DNA of 64,000 bases from Azolla caroliniana (GCA_043228905.1 JBHGNT010000009.1:4402001-4466000), one strand, 5' to 3'; shown: positions 12,901 to 27,828, counted from the first letter of the stretch. A program made the numbers and translations. The notes: a model not told the origin generated them from the sequence alone.

Positions 12901-15498
12901 CAGTCATTAATTTTAAGAACAAATCCACAAAGAAAACCATCTTACCATCTCTCGCACAACACCTAATGTCACCCTCTTCCCCCGCAAACTCAACTGGTCA
13001 AGCATTGTTTCAGCATCTCGAAAGGAACCATCAGATTGGCTGGCAATAAAATGCAACGCATCCGAGTCAATCTCAATCTTCTCTAATTGAGCTAGCTCGT
13101 GTAACCTCAAGATTATATCCCCATCCTTGACCCTCGCAAACATAAACTTCTGACACCGAGAAATCGCCACCCTCGGCAGCTGCTCAAGGTAACTAGTAAT
13201 GAGTATAAAAACTACATGATCTGGAGGGTCTTCTAAACTTTTCAAGAGAGCATTCCATGCTTCAGGAGTTAACATATGGCAGTCCTCCATGATGAACACT
13301 TTATATCGAGATAGAGTTGGAGGTAAACAAAGATGTTTGAGAAGAATCCGCATGCTCTCAATACCGCAATTCCCAGCTGCATCCACTTCTTTCACATCAT
13401 AGTAAGTACCGGCATTAAATGACATACATGCATTGCATAATCCACAAGGTCTAAGCTCTTCAATCGACAAACAATTCATAGCACAAGCAAATATCTTTGC
13501 TGCCGAGGTCTTTCCAGTGCCTCTGGGTCCATGAAACAGATAAAGCGGAGCAATCTTGCTCCGCAGAATAGCATTGGATAGAGACTCAGCCACCATGTTC
13601 TGACCAATGAGATCCTTGAAAGCCTTTGGACGATACTTTCGGCTTATACTCCGATTCTTGTTGCAGATACTAATTTCCCGCCTCTTTTTGAAGGGAATAT
13701 TGGATCCAGCTTCACTCACATGATCCCCTCTAAAAATATTGCATGGACGCTCGTTGTGCCTTAAGATCATTTGTCCATCCGATTCTGAAACCGAATCTTC
13801 AGTGTCAGAGACCTCAGTCATCAATGGTGCTGTCTCAGCATCTGAATTGTATACATTTGTCTTTCGTATTTGTCGGTTTATTCTTGGTCCATAGAAACAA
13901 CTTCCAGCATAATGTAGGAGCCTCTCATTCTTTGCATTATTACTACAATGAGAAGGCCATGGCAAAGACATACCACATCCTGACCTATCAGAATCACATG
14001 GATTAATGCCATCGCCGTCGCCATCATCCTCATCATCCTCATCGTTATCATCATCTTCATCATCATAAGTATGATTATGATAATGTGCCTCTTCATAGCT
14101 ATGGCCAGAAAACTTTGAATGAAGAAGGTGCCCATCTCTTGGGTTGGCATGAAGAAAAAGGTGACCATTATCCTTAAAAAATTTCTTGTTTTTCATCATT
14201 AAGTTTGATACTTGACTAAAGTGAGAGTCTTCTTCTTTATGTTCAAGAATTTGACCCCCACATGGAGTTGTTCTCTCCTTCAAATACTCTTCTAAATTCA
14301 TCAAAGGATACGATTTTTTAGGGCTATTAGGATGGTTCTTAGATGCTTTTTTTGCACAAGCTACTGCCATGGCTACTTTTCTTCTTGTTTGTAGATCAGA
14401 AACGTTATAGCCTCTCCGTTTGGGCCTTACGTAATTAGACTTAATCTCTCTCCTCATCATCGTCTTAGGTGGGGAAGTCGATTCTTTCATCACTTTGCCT
14501 TGGCTTTTGAGGTGAGCTTTCTGAGAGCTTTTCTGATCAGAAGAAGAGGCTATGGTGGAATCCAGGGGGAGGTTCCCATCATGACCCATGTCTGCAAAAA
14601 TCCCCCATAAAGGAGTCAGGATCATTATTATCCATTAATGATGGGGAGAAGACTTTAATTTCCATAGATACTAGGGAGAAACTGAGTGTCCGAAGGAGCA
14701 TAGATAAATAAATTTAATGGATATAAATAGGTTATGATGAAAAAAAAAATATTCAGGTCTCATAAGAACTTAGGAGACAAAAAAACAGTTAAGAAGAAAA
14801 AATATATTAACTATGATGGAAAAAGAGTGAGTTTTTTCTTAGGGTTTTAACAGTCACACCGCAGTTTATGAAATTATGATGGGATAAAAGAAGAGTTACC
14901 TTGATGTCTTCAATGGCCAATTTTGATGAAAACCAACATTCATTATATGATGAATGAACTGGGTTATTTAATGTTTCTATTAGGGTTTATCAGGAAAAAC
15001 AAATAGTTATTATGATCAAACAATTACCTTGAAGTCTTGAATGGCCAGTTTAGAATGAACTAGAAAACAAGTTCGAAATATAATGAGAAGACAGAGTTTG
15101 TTATTAGAATATTATTAGGATTTAGCGTAAAAGGGCCATTTATCATGAACAAAAGAAACAGAATTTAAGCATTATTATTAAAAAAAACATACTTTTGCAG
15201 AAAGGCCAGCTTTAGGTTGAAGAAAAGAACATCAAAAATATTAAGGAAAATAAAGCAAGATTTGGCAAGGTTCTTGTTAGGGTTTAGCAGAAAACAAAAG
15301 TCAGAGATGATGAGAAAGAAATGGCATGTTATGTCTTCTTTTTTTCTTGAAGTTGCGATGGAGAGAAAGATTAAAAAAACTACCTTGAAGTCTGGAGAGG
15401 CCAGGTTTTGGTGTGGTACAGAGAGGTTTCTTCAGAGGGGCAGGGGAAGAGGAAGATCTGCATTGCCGAGAAGAAGAAGAAGGGCTTTCTTTCATCAT
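9965..15498 (-). CDS. STICHEL-like protein (DNA polymerase III gamma/tau, DnaX-like AAA+). Predicted exons 15498-15384, 14591-12946, 12469-12280, 11809-11261, 10974-10428, 10070-9965; a further 3' exon after the donor at 9986 is possible
   Basis: KYRPKAFKDLIGQ, Walker A GPRGTGKTS, zinc motif C...RPCGLCNAC, EVDAA, NALLKSLEDPP, SRC motif, SDGSFRDAETMLDQL, ALRVLSDVEKQLR...TWLTAAFLQL and C-terminal GLLCWK. GT-AG junctions keep the reading frame. Confidence 0.9.
12644..12835. mobile_element. Degenerate MITE-like inverted repeat in a STICHEL-like intron
   Basis: GCATGAAAACCCTAGCTTGAAAGT pairs with ACTTCCAACCTAAGGTTTCCATGC, and the inner AGAAGTTTCTAGAATATT pairs with AATATTCTAGAAACTTCT. No clean TSD. 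Confidence 0.45.
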
Positions 15499-16351
15499 AA
15501 GAGCGGAGGAACAGGTTAGGAGAAGACGATGAGAAAACAAGAAAAACAGGGGGAGGGGGGGGGAGGAGGTATATAGCTACATTGGTTTTCTTCTTTTCAG
15601 AAAAGAAGGAGAGGAATAATTAGGGAACAGTTTAGGGTTTCAAGGAAACAGAGAGAAGGATATATAATTTGGGCCTTTCCCCTTGGAACAGGTGTTGTTC
15701 AGAGAGAAACAGAGGAATTGGAGTTATGAAGAAAGAGTGATTAGGGTTTTCTACAAAGAAATGGATTAGGGTTATAGTTTGAAGATGGGTTATGTGGAAG
15801 AGAGAGAGAGAAAGAGAGACAGGTAAAAACAGAGGAATTAGGGTTTTGTCTCTGACTATGGAGTGAGCTTCTTCTTCAGAAACAGCTCAAAACAAAAACA
15901 AAAATTAGGAAAAAAAAACAAGCATGGAATGGCATGGCAGATCTGGAGTGGATTGAGTTTATTATTGATTTTATTTTAGAGAAATAATAATAGTAATAAA
16001 TTAATATGATACTACAAAATCTAGTGGGAAAAAAGAATAAATAAATAAACAGAAAAAAGAAAAAGCTGCCACCAAAAAATTGAATAATTGTTTTCTGTTT
16101 GTTTTTTTTCTCTCCCCCATTTTTCCTTCTTATTATGTTTTTCTTAAACAAAAAAAGAAAAAAAAAAAAAAAACAGCAACTGTGCCCCCCATATTTTGCT
16201 CATGTTCTTTGCTTTTTTGCTTTTTTGCTTTTTTGTTAGAGAGAGGGGGCAGCCTTTCCTCCTTTTTCTCCCCTGCTTTTTTATAATTTACTTTTTTACT
16301 CCTACTTTTCCATTCTTCTTTTTTCTTATTCTTTTTTATTGAAAGTTGAAA

Positions 16352-16387
<36 letters not shown>

Positions 16388-19300
16388 ATTGACCTAAAAC
16401 TAAACCCTAAATACACACCACCCACCCACTTCCAAAATAACACTTGTCATTAGACCCACCCCCTGCCCCAAAAAGAAATTTATATCCATATTTAACACCT
16501 CTCTCTCTCTCTCTCTTGTGTATTTAAGGAACACAAGTTATTGCAACTCAATCCTCTACTAAACATTGAGCCACTCAAACACCTATCTACCCTACTTCAT
16601 CCCATGAAATGGACCCATCCCCATCCCATCCCATCCCATGAACCCATCCATCCTATGGACCCATCTCGACCCTCCCATGTCTTCGAATCCAAACTTTCGG
16701 TCGCCTCCCAACCCACCCTCCTACCTCCTCCTCCTCCCATGTCTTGGACATTCGCAAAGCGTCTATGCCCATCTATGTTACACCGATGAGCTTTTCAGGA
16801 ACCAATCAAGTCTGCATTTGGTTTTGTCACTCGAATTGTTGGACACAATCCCGGTAACTGAGGTCTACACAGTGACATGTCTCAGTTAACCTGCCACTCA
16901 CAGGCTTTATGTGTGTCACTCTTCTTCATTGCACTCAAACTTCGAGGGAAATATCACACCTCAATGGTGAATGAATTGCATGTTAATATAATGTAATGTG
17001 TATGTGGTATATTGGTCACACTATAAGGAATCAAGGAGGCTTGAGATTAGTCCATCAGATTGTACGCTCGCACATGTTCTAGATAGTTGCGGTTTGCACA
17101 CGGACCTTGTATTCATGGTTATATTAACTTATACAAGCTTTCTTTATGAAAGGGGAGTTATATCTTCCTACCTCCATTATGAATGTGACATGAAAGCCTC
17201 CACGCACGCTCTCCCCCTCACCACAAAACGGTGTTTGAGAGGAAAGAAACACTAGAGAAAGAGAGAGAGAGAAATGATCAATTGCTTATTTTTCATTGCA
17301 CTACAATGTGCACCATTCTATGTCCCTCTTAGAACAATCCTCACAAAACATAAGCATACAAGCGGGGATCATCTCCCAACTACATTAATGTGTTGGATTA
17401 CCTTAATGTAAAATATGCATATATGCTAGTGTTGTTTCTAGAGTGTGAGATCTTACAGTGCATAAACCTAAATGGGATGCATTCTACACTAGTATTTCTA
17501 AATTTGTATGATGTCAATCAATAAATGGTGTTAAGATCACGTATTTCCACGGGTTTGCTATGCCGTACATGATAGAGTTTGTCAAAACTTGATACATTCT
17601 CATTCACTATGGCCTTTGCAATAGAATTGAGATCATCTTTGAATTTTGAACGTTGCTACAATCGATGCTAACTTCCTGTACACGAGTTCAGTGACAAATA
17701 TAACTGTACAAAGGGTAAAAAGCTATTTTTTCACTTTCTATTACTTCCTACATGAAGAATGTGATTCTAAAGACTTCCTTTCGTCATGAAAATTCTTTAG
17801 GATGTTCTCAAATTGCATTTATGTGGTGATCGTAGCACATAGAATAATGAAAGGTGTACTCCAATATAAGAAAAAACAAAGGCACAAGTCCAAGTAAAAG
17901 AAAAAAATAACTACATTGACTAATTGGATTTTTCACTGATGTGAAGGGGAAAGTTCTAAATCTTTTTCAATGTAGACAACCAAAATGTTGTCGGGAGGAT
18001 GAATGTCAAGCTTAAGTCCAACATGTTTATTCTGCTATCGTGTTCAAGAAGTGTGAATGGGGTAAGGATCTTCTATTGTTTATCATATAACCACCATCAT
18101 AGATTTTACTCACCTCTACAACATACATATTGGTTCTCTTCTTTTAATCAACCTGAACGTAGCCTTCTCATCTTTTGATGACTCAACAATTTTAAAAGGA
18201 TTTTACCGACAAGATTCTAAAGATTGTTCTCAACTATAAAAAATGATTGCTTTATTCTCATTCTTATGATGTCTACTAGAATTTGAATGTTGAGTCTATC
18301 TAGAGTCTAGGACCCTCAATCTACATACATACGTATGTACAAATATCTCTTTATATGATGTTTTAAAAAAGCAATGTTGATAAATATGTTTTTTCTATGA
18401 GAAGGCACTCATAAGGCATTTTAAGCTTGGTTAAAGTAAATAGAAAAACAACCATTGGAATCAAATCTATACATTGTGAAGGCCATGTATCTCATCTATT
18501 TCATAGTCATCCTCTCGTTTTTATTCAAGCTATGAGAGGTATGGTTTTTTGTCCGGATAAGAATTCATGAATGGCTTACTAAGGATGCTTCCACCCCCAC
18601 ATGCCTTCAAATAGACGTTCAAACAATGTGTAAAGGAATCGATCTCGAGAGATACACTCTTTCATCTTCTTTGATTGTCTAAAATCTTTCTTAGCTTTAC
18701 CTCCAATGAATATTATAAAACAATATAGGGTGTTTTCACTTTATTTCCAATCAACTTTTTCACAATAGGCACATTATTAGATGGACCTATAATTTATAAA
18801 GCCGTAGTTGTTTCTACATATAGTAAACAAAAGTTTCCCCATAAAGCTATTATTCATGTATTGTCTCTCAACACAGCAACTTCATAAGACTTTCCAACAT
18901 TTTCTATGAATATAAGGAGGTTGTATTTCAATAACTAGTTTCAGTAAATTCCCGAATATTTTACACCAATTAACCCACTTCCACCATCACATACACATAT
19001 TATCTACCTCGAGCACATCGTTCGTCATAAATTTCCATTCAATAAACAATTTATTTGACCACAAAATCTAGTATGTGAAACTTCTGTTTGTATTGAATCT
19101 TATTCATGAGAAGGCTATCAAAACTGTTATAAGTGGAGTATATACATATGGTAAATAAGTTTCCAAGTATTGTTTAAACGTTTTGAGCTTCCATACGTAG
19201 ATCCAAGATCCATATGGCAACTTGCAACTCTTTCACGTGACACAATATTACCCCTAAAATTTGGCAATATGAGAGTGCATATAAATGGCCGAAATATATT

Positions 19301-22300
19301 TTCGACCATTATGATAAGTAAACTTTATTCAAGGAGCCTAGGTGTAGCCAAAGGAATTTTGTGAGGTAGGAAGAAAAGTATGAGAATATAACTAGTAAAC
19401 AAATTGGGTCCCGTCTTGTCTCTCTCTCTCTCTCTCTGTGCCCTTGATTCAACTATTTTCTTCGATTGAAATTTCAAGTTTAGTTGCGGACCACAGTGTT
19501 TTGAATCTCAACTTATTTTCCCCTACTAACCCACCTATCTTCCTCATCATTGTCCCATCATCATATATTGGTCTATATATTGTCCCTTCATACATGACAT
19601 GGCTAGTCATTGGGTCATGACAAGAGTGAGAGAGAGAGTGTGTGTGTGTGAGAGAGAAAGATATAATTTATCTACTTCAATCAAAACTAAACGCCACTTA
19701 TCCTTCCTAACTAATGGGAAAGTAGCTTTACTTTGAGAAAAAAAAAAAAAAAAAAAAAAACTAAACGCCACTTCACACACATGAATCACCCCATCTCCCC
19801 ACCATGTATGAAACTTTGAGATAGACGTGTATGAACTATGACAACATTTGTTGCATAAATTATGATTAGCTATATCACAAGGAAAGTTTTACCTAAATGT
19901 TTTGAATATTACAAAATTTACCACAATATGCTAGTTTATTGTAAAAAAATTCAAGGTATGCTTGATCAAACTTGAGATTCATAATTATGTAGAATCTATG
20001 TAAGTAGAAGGGTATGAAGTATATTTAGATACATATTAGCTTAATCCTCCTAGAATGGGCGCCTTTTACATAAAGCATACATTTTGATTATTTAGCTAGT
20101 ATATACTCAAAAAATATGCCTCGTGTTCTTAAATATGTGGCTAATCTTAATTTTTACATGATTATGATGCCTCAACTTTTATAAAGCACATTTCGACATT
20201 CCTGAAAAAAAATGCATACTTTTGTAAATTTCGTAAGCATATTGAGATAATTTTCCCTATATTATATCAATATGTACCGTTGTTTCGAGAGAACCTAAAG
20301 GTTGTAATTAGGCCATGACAATGCTGTTAACAATGTACAATGTTAATTCATTCGCCATTTCCGTGCAAATCTACTAATTGCTTTGTTGAAGAAATGCTAA
20401 ATGTATCATGTAATACCCTTGAAGTCAAGATTTTGAAGGCAAGCATGCGATTAAATACCCTTGATTGGTCCTTGTATTGCACAAAAAACATTTCCTTGTT
20501 AAATGTCAATGTCTCATAGGCTCGGCTCATGGACCTACCATGTTTGGGCCTCTGTTTTTTATGACTTTGCCTTCGAGGAATGTTGAATCTCATGTTTGAG
20601 ATTTTCTTGAATTTCGCTTAACTTTGCACACACCCTATTGACATTGAACACAAATAATGAGTTCTCAATTTTTGCTCAAGTAAATTTTTGTGGTTTCCAT
20701 TATTATACAATACACATAGAAGTAAGCACCGGAACAATTAATGCTCTAGCAACAATCCATAAAAAATAGAACAAACTATCTAGGAAACACCCACGACTAT
20801 GCGTTGTTAGATACATGAGTTTTGATAGGAATGCAAATTTATGACATAGGAAAGGGAACATGATTATGTTAGATGAAATGCATTAAGAAAGTCAAGGAAA
20901 TAACTAAATTTACTTTATCCATGGAAGGATGAAACTACTATAAATTTTGTAACTTGTTGATCTCCTATGCCTTGTTACAGTGAATGAACATTATGTTTTG
21001 GGTTTGAACTAATTTAGAAAGCGCATTCATTCAATTCATAATGACCAATTGTACAATTTATAGGATGTACAATTACTAGCAATAGTCATGTGAAATAAGT
21101 AATGCTTTGAGTAGGGTTATCGATTTTTATGACTTTGAGTAGGGTAATGCTTTGAGTAGGGTTATTGAGAAAAGGGCATGTTGAGATATCAAGCTCAACT
21201 AGATTTAGTTAGTTAGTCAACACACGTAACTTAGTAGTTACCTAGATAGAATCTAGTTAGTGTGTAGACCTTAAATCCTTAAATAGGATTTTGTACTTGA
21301 GTGGGATACATTGTAGATCCTCTACTCCCATGTTCATTTAATATAGGACTTACACATTTGTACCTATATTCCACTCACACATGTGCACCTTTGATGATGC
21401 ACATGGGTATTTTTGTATTTGATGATGCTTTTTTATATACACTCTTGTTAATCATCCCCCATTTATATTATTGTTCATAAGTGTATCTTCCTCTCTCTTC
21501 CTCTCACACACATACCACATAACCTTCCGTTGCTTAACTATTCACATAATTAGTCACTAATTAACCCTTATTTAATTACCTAATTATTAACAAATGTTAA
21601 ACATGAAACTTTGTTTTTGTTATAATACTTGTATTGCTAGCGGGAACCCTCAATGTGAAGTGAACACCCACAAAATAACAAAGAATGTACAAAATATCAT
21701 GACACAAGTTTTTAAAAGAACTCAACGTAAAGCATGTACGTTGACGTAGGATGAGTCAAGCTTGTCAACATTAGTAGAATAAAAATAGTTTGAGAATTGC
21801 TTGATTGGGAACCCTATAATTGTTGGCCATCTAGATGGCCCAAAGTGCCCAAAATCTTGTCCATGAGTATTGTTAGATTGGCCAAGTAGAAACTCTCCAA
21901 ATAAAAGTAACTTTTCCCAATGCCCTTACCAAGGAAATTCTACTTGTTACTCTTTATAAAAATGTTTTGGTGAGTGTATAGGTCCATAGTAATTGAAAGA
22001 TCGTTTAAGTTCTCCTCAGCTTTTAAAGATTCAACTCAATGGGAAGCAAACCCAATAAGAATCTTTGTTGGAATACCCATTGCTTAAGAGGAAGATCAAA
22101 GCTCCATAAAATTGCAAGATTTTTTTCCACCAAGTTTCTGCTTTGTATAACTTGGGCCACAAATCATGTACAATATGCCCAAAGCTTCTAATCCTTGTTT
22201 GTGTGATGCTTAGCCCAATTCTTCTTCAAAGTGGTATGTGAACACTTTGGATAAGAGCTCCATTGGGCAACACTCAATTAAGGTTTGACCAACTCGAGTA

Positions 22301-22691
22301 CAAGGACCACCTCAACTAGCGTGAGTGTGTCACAACGTCTCAATAAGCAGAGAAATACTAGGAAGAATCAGATACACCTAATAAGCCATGAACATGAGTG
22401 CATGGTGCTATATGTGAGTTGAATGACTTGCAAGCTACTTTGATTAAGTTTTTGTGGTGGAGAGGGAACTCAACGGAACCGACCAATTGCTTTAACACGG
22501 ATGTTGGATCAACTATTCTGGTAGGATAAGGACTTGGAGCCTACTTGCAAAGCAACCACAACTAATCTACAGTAATGACTCGCCACTCTTTAGAGAGAAA
22601 TAGTGGCACTAGTTGAGACAAAGCCAAATTTGCTTGAAGAGAAAGCTCATTGGTGCCAATGACAAACACGACGACCTAATGAGTTACCAAT

Positions 22692-22740
22692 TGTAAAGAA
22701 TTGTAAGTGATGTAGGTAATGTTGTGTAGCGGAAGTAAAC

Positions 22741-22775
<35 letters not shown>

Positions 22776-22987
22776 AAGACAAGCAAAGAGAGAGAGAGAG
22801 CTTTGAACAAGAAGCTATATTAGAAAAAATAGAATTACATCCAACAGTAACTAAGTTACAAAAGGTTGGTTTAAATACCAACTAGTCTAGGGCAACTACC
22901 CTTTCTACTATTTACAAAACTAGCCTAGTATGTCCTATGGCTAGTGTGAAACCATTTCATTGGGGAAGTCGAGTTCAAATGTCAACA
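22692..22987 (-). repeat. 3' LTR of the copia element
   Basis: Matches 27540-27828; contains (GT)n and (GA)n tracts of different lengths than the partner LTR. Confidence 0.9.
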
Positions 22988-25900
22988 CGCCCCTTCAAAC
23001 ACAACTTCTTGATGCCGAAAAGTTGGTTTGGTTTGATCTTCAAAAATCTTTGATTCGATTGAATCCGCATTTGGAAGGTCAATCGCATGGATTTGACTGT
23101 TTAGGTGTTGCATGCTCCTTGTTTGGCTCGATTATCATCGTACTTCGACTCCTCTGGTTAGCTTCGATCGACGGTTCGACATCGGTGACTACTGCTAATT
23201 TTCGGTGCTCCCCCTCAAGCGCGGTTGGTCGGTGATCAAGAGACCAAGGTTCGTCGCGAACTGCTGCAGCTTGTCGATACCCAGGGCTTTCGTGAAGATG
23301 TTGGCCACTTGAAGATTTGTGTTGATGTATTGTAAATCGACATCTCCAACTTGAATGCGCTCTCGGATGAAGTGATAGTGCACTTCGATATGCTTAGTCC
23401 ACGCGTGGAACATGGGGTTCCAAGCCAGGTAGATATTACTCCTGTTGCCAAAGTATAGGAGAATCAGATCCTTGATGGGAATGCCTAGATCCTTCAATAT
23501 GCCCTTCAGGAAGACGACCTCGTATGCGGTGACCGCAACGCCCCTGTATTCAGCCTCTGTGCTCGACAATGCGACTGTCGGCTACTTCTTGTACTGCTCC
23601 AGGAGATCGTGCCACTACCGAGAGAGAAGATGAATCTTGAAGTTGATCGTTGATCGGCCTTATAGCTGGCCCAGTCTGCATCTATGTACCCTTCGAGCCG
23701 AATGATCGTGTCAGACTTATACATGATGCCATAATCCATTGTCCCACGAACGTACTTGAGTACCCTCTCAGCACAATCGAGATGGATATCTCGAGGTTTC
23801 TACATAAATTGGCTAAGTAGACCGACCGAATAGTGGAGGTCGGGTCGCATAATGGTTAGATAGATTAAGATGATGATCATTTGACGATACTGAGTTGGTT
23901 CACAATCTTCTGTTCCCGAATCGGCATCAAGCTTGAGATTTCGATCGAGAGGGGTCGACATAGGTTTGCACTCAGTCATCCCGAACTTGTAGAGTAAGTT
24001 GAGAATGTAGTGCTGTTGAGAGATCAATATCCTGACTGGTGTCTGAATGACTTCGATACCGAGGAAATAATGGAGCTCCTGCATATCTTTCATTTCGAAT
24101 CTGTCGGATAGGAGTGATTTGACCTTAGTAATGTCAGCTAGATCCTTTCCTCCGATGACGAGATCATCCATGTACAGGATGATGACAATCGGGTTGGTTG
24201 ACTCGTTTTTTAATTACAAGGAGTTGTCCGATTTCAACATTCAGAAACCGATTTGGTGAAGATACTGGGTGGCCTTTGAATGCCAAGCACACGGTGCTTG
24301 CTTGAGTTTATATAACGGCTTCTTGAGTTGATAGACTGGTTTCGAGTGTTTGCTCGATTCGAAATCGGGTGGTTGAATCATGAAGACCTCCTCTTCTAAT
24401 TTTCCTGGTAGGAAGGCGTTCTTTACGTCCATCTGGTGGAGGTGCCACTCTTTTGCAGTCGCGAGAGCAATGACTGTCCGAACAGTCATCATCTTTGCCA
24501 CCGGGGCAAAGGTCTCCTCGTAATCGACTTTGTGTATTTGAGCATATCCCTTAGCTACGAGTCGTGCCTTGTAGCGATTTACCGAACCGTCGACATTATA
24601 TTTTACCTTGAAGATCCATCTACAACCGATCTCTTTTTGATGTGGAGAACAAGGAACGAGATCCCATGTCTCGTTTTTGCAAAGTGCCTGCATTTCCTCG
24701 TTCATCGCTTCGATCCATCGTGGTGGCCGCCTCAGAAAAGGTTTCCAATTCTCAGACAATCGCCACCTTCATTAGAAAGACATAATGATATACTATATAC
24801 TCGTCATAGCCGAATTGGTTACCCGGGTTTTTCTCTCGGGTGGAGCGACAGAGCTTCTCGTTTGCAGAGACTAAGTCTTTCTTTGCTCCATTCGTCTGGA
24901 TGATTGGGATGTTCAGGCCTTCGAACTCACTGTCAAGGGAGTGAGTTGACTCGTTGTCGATCGGATCTTCGTATTCAGGCATTTTGGCCTTTCCTTTATC
25001 TAACTCCGGACTTGATTGAGATGTGCTTTGGTCACTCGGGGGCACTTGTGGTCTGCTTAGCCTTGTTGTAATCGGACTTTTGTTGTACATTTGCTAGAGT
25101 CGACTTTCGTTCTCTAGCTCTTGGTCGACCAAATTTGGGCCGATTGTTGTCGGAATCGGAGTCGTCTCTGGTTTGTACTAGGATGCCAACTTGTCGAAAA
25201 CGACGTCTCGACTCACCTGAACTTTTCGGGTGGATGGATTGTAACATTTGTACCCCTTTTGTTCGAGTGAGTACCCTACAAGGATACATTTCTCCGACTT
25301 CGGATCAAGTTTTTGTCGCTTCTCGTCGGGAATATGTACATAGGCGATTAAGTTGAATATCCGGACATGGGATAAATCCGGCTTCTTTTCGAAGAACTTC
25401 TCGTAAGGGGTTACGTCGTGTACTCCGGAGGTTTTACATTTGTTCATGAGATAGACAGTTGTGTTAGCCGCTTCTACCCAGTACGATTTCGGCAAGTTCT
25501 TCTCATTCATCATTGCCCTTGCCACCTCTACTATGTGCCGATTCTTTCATTCGGCTACTCCATTTTGCTAAGGTGTGTGTCGGCATGAGAATTCTCGTCG
25601 AATTCCTTCCTTTGGGAGATGCATTGAAAATTAGTCCGAGAAATATTCCTTGCCCCAATCCGATAGAAGGCATCAGACATGTCGACCGATTTCCTTTTCA
25701 ACTCCATTCTTGAATTTTTGTAAGTGTCCGAACACTTCGCTCTTTTGCCGCATACCGTATACGGTAAATCTAGGTATGCTTGGAGAAGTTGTCGATGAAC
25801 GTCACGTAGTAACGACAACCACCAAATGTTGCTGTCTAGGCCGATCCCCATACATCTGAATGAACTACATCCATGATTCCTTTGCTCACGTTCCTCTCTT

Positions 25901-27539
25901 TTGGGAACGGTTATCGGTGTTGTTTGTCAAACTGATAGGTGTCACATACACCTACCATCTCCTTTTCGGTAAAAATTGGGAGTTCGATCACGACTCCTTT
26001 CGACTGCATGCCTTTGAACTTCTAGAGGTTGATTTGGCCAATTCGTTTATGCCACAATTTCAAGTCGGTTTCGACTTTGAGGCCTTTGGCGAACATGGCT
26101 GACTTCACCTCATTCAATTCGAGGATGAACATTCGGCCTTCTCTTCGACCGTGAGCTACTAGTCGGCCTTCCTTCTCAATAAAGCACCCGTCATTATTGA
26201 ATCATACTTGCATGCCTTGTTCGATAATCTAACCGATCGACACTAGGTTTTTCGTGATGGTTGGGACATGCAAGACGTTCTTGAGGTAGGTTTGTCTACC
26301 GTCATTCCCGAATGGAACATTTCCGATATGTCGAATCGAGTGAGTTGTATCATCTCCGATTTCGACATAGTTGGGTCGATCAGGCTTTCTCAGCTCTCGA
26401 AACCAATCTTCGTGAGATGTCTTATGATTGGATGCTCTCAAGTCGACAAACCATACATTATCGGATGAGGAGGTACTTGTCTGGCCTTGTGCCAACATTG
26501 AATGTGCTTTATGCCTCATCATGAACATACCATCATGATCGTCGTAATAAGAATTTGTAGCATAGTTAGTGAGTTGTCGGTTAGTTGAGGTTGATTCTTG
26601 TTTTTTGTTTCAGCACTCCTCTTCGTAGTGGCCGAGTTTTCCACAATACTCATATTCGATCAAGCTGTTTTGGTGGCTCGGTTCGAAAGGATGGCTCCCC
26701 CTTCTGTCGAACTCTCTAGGAGTGTTTTTGGCCTCTTGCCAATGATGGGAATTGTGTTCTCAGGTCGGCTAACCCTGTCGGCTTCTGTTTCCTCGGCCAA
26801 ATCCTCTTCCATCATCCGACTGGGAGTAGAGCATCTAACCATTGGGTGCATTGCTCCTTTGTCAAGCATTATTTTCTTCCACCAATAGTATCGATTGAAG
26901 GTCGAAAAAGGAAGGAGGATTCTCCCTTGCGAGAATGGTAGATCTAATCGTGCCGAATCATGGTGCTAAACCGTCGAGGCATATTTGAACCATTTCATCA
27001 TCGTTGATGATGACATTGATCAAACCGAGGGCATCGGATAATTCCTTGATCTTCAAGGTATAACTGGTGATCGAGAAGTCCCTATGTTGTATATTGTTTA
27101 ACTCCTGTTGGAGTTGGAGTTTTTGTGTAGCCGTGTTGGCTGTGAAAATCTTCTTGAGATTACCCCAAGCTTCTTTTGGCGTCTTTGCCTCTCGAATATA
27201 GCCGAGCATGTGATCATGAATAGATGATGCAAGGCAATACAACACACCGCTTGCGGCTTGCTCCCAAGCTGGATTGTCGGCGTGTGTTGGGTTTGGTTGC
27301 ATTTCGTGAGCTCCCTAAATGTAGCTCCAGTATCCTTGACCGACAAGGTATTGATGCATCTTGTATTCCCAAGATGCAAAGTTTGTTATGTTAAGCTTCT
27401 TTGTAGGAAGAGCGCTTCCCATCTGAGTATTCATGACGTCGATTTCTTCTCTGTTGCTTAAACCGGTTATGTTGGTCGTCAGTGTGTAGCACAACACAAT
27501 TGAATAAGCTCAATTAGAAAACCACACGCTCCGATACCA

Positions 27540-27608
27540 TGTAAAGAATCGTGAGTGATGTAGGTGATGCTGTGCAGCATAAGTAAACTCTGTGTGTGTA
27601 CGTAAGAC

Positions 27609-27655
<47 letters not shown>

Positions 27656-27828
27656 TGAACAAGAAGTTATATTAATAAAAATAGAATTACATCCAACAAT
27701 AACTAAGTTACAAAAGGTTGGTTTAAATACCAACTAGTCTAGGGCACTACCCTTTCTACTATTTACAAAACTTGCCTAGTATGTCCGTGAAACCATTTCA
27801 TTGGGGAAATTGAGTTCGATTCTCAACA
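27540..27828 (-). repeat. 5' LTR of the copia element
   Basis: Followed on the minus strand by the PBS; matches 22692-22987. Confidence 0.9.

Larger units (their letters stand above)
22692..27828 (-). mobile_element. Full-length but decayed Ty1/copia LTR retrotransposon
   Basis: LTRs at 27540-27828 and 22692-22987 with TG...CA ends. PBS TGGTATCGGAGC (tRNA-iMet type) at 27528-27539. PPT next to 22988. TSD CCAAT/CCAAC. Frameshifted gag, protease (WFVDLRASNH), integrase (KRQKLDPKSEKCILVGY), RT (RYKARLVAKGY, QMDVKNAF, YMDD) and RNase H (TKHIEVHYHFIRE) in copia order. Confidence 0.95.

Noticed and set aside
12913-14625. Horizontally acquired bacterial dnaX
   Set aside because: It has spliceosomal introns and STICHEL-specific motifs, and STICHEL is a known land-plant family. 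The deviant Walker B (MEDC) is not unusual enough to report.
15876-16286. ORFs rich in K/F runs
   Set aside because: Artefacts of poly-A/T promoter tracts.
17300-22540. Host genes in the short ORFs here and at 31000-34500
   Set aside because: No coherent exon chain. There are only faint LINE-like or LTR-like traces, too decayed to delimit.
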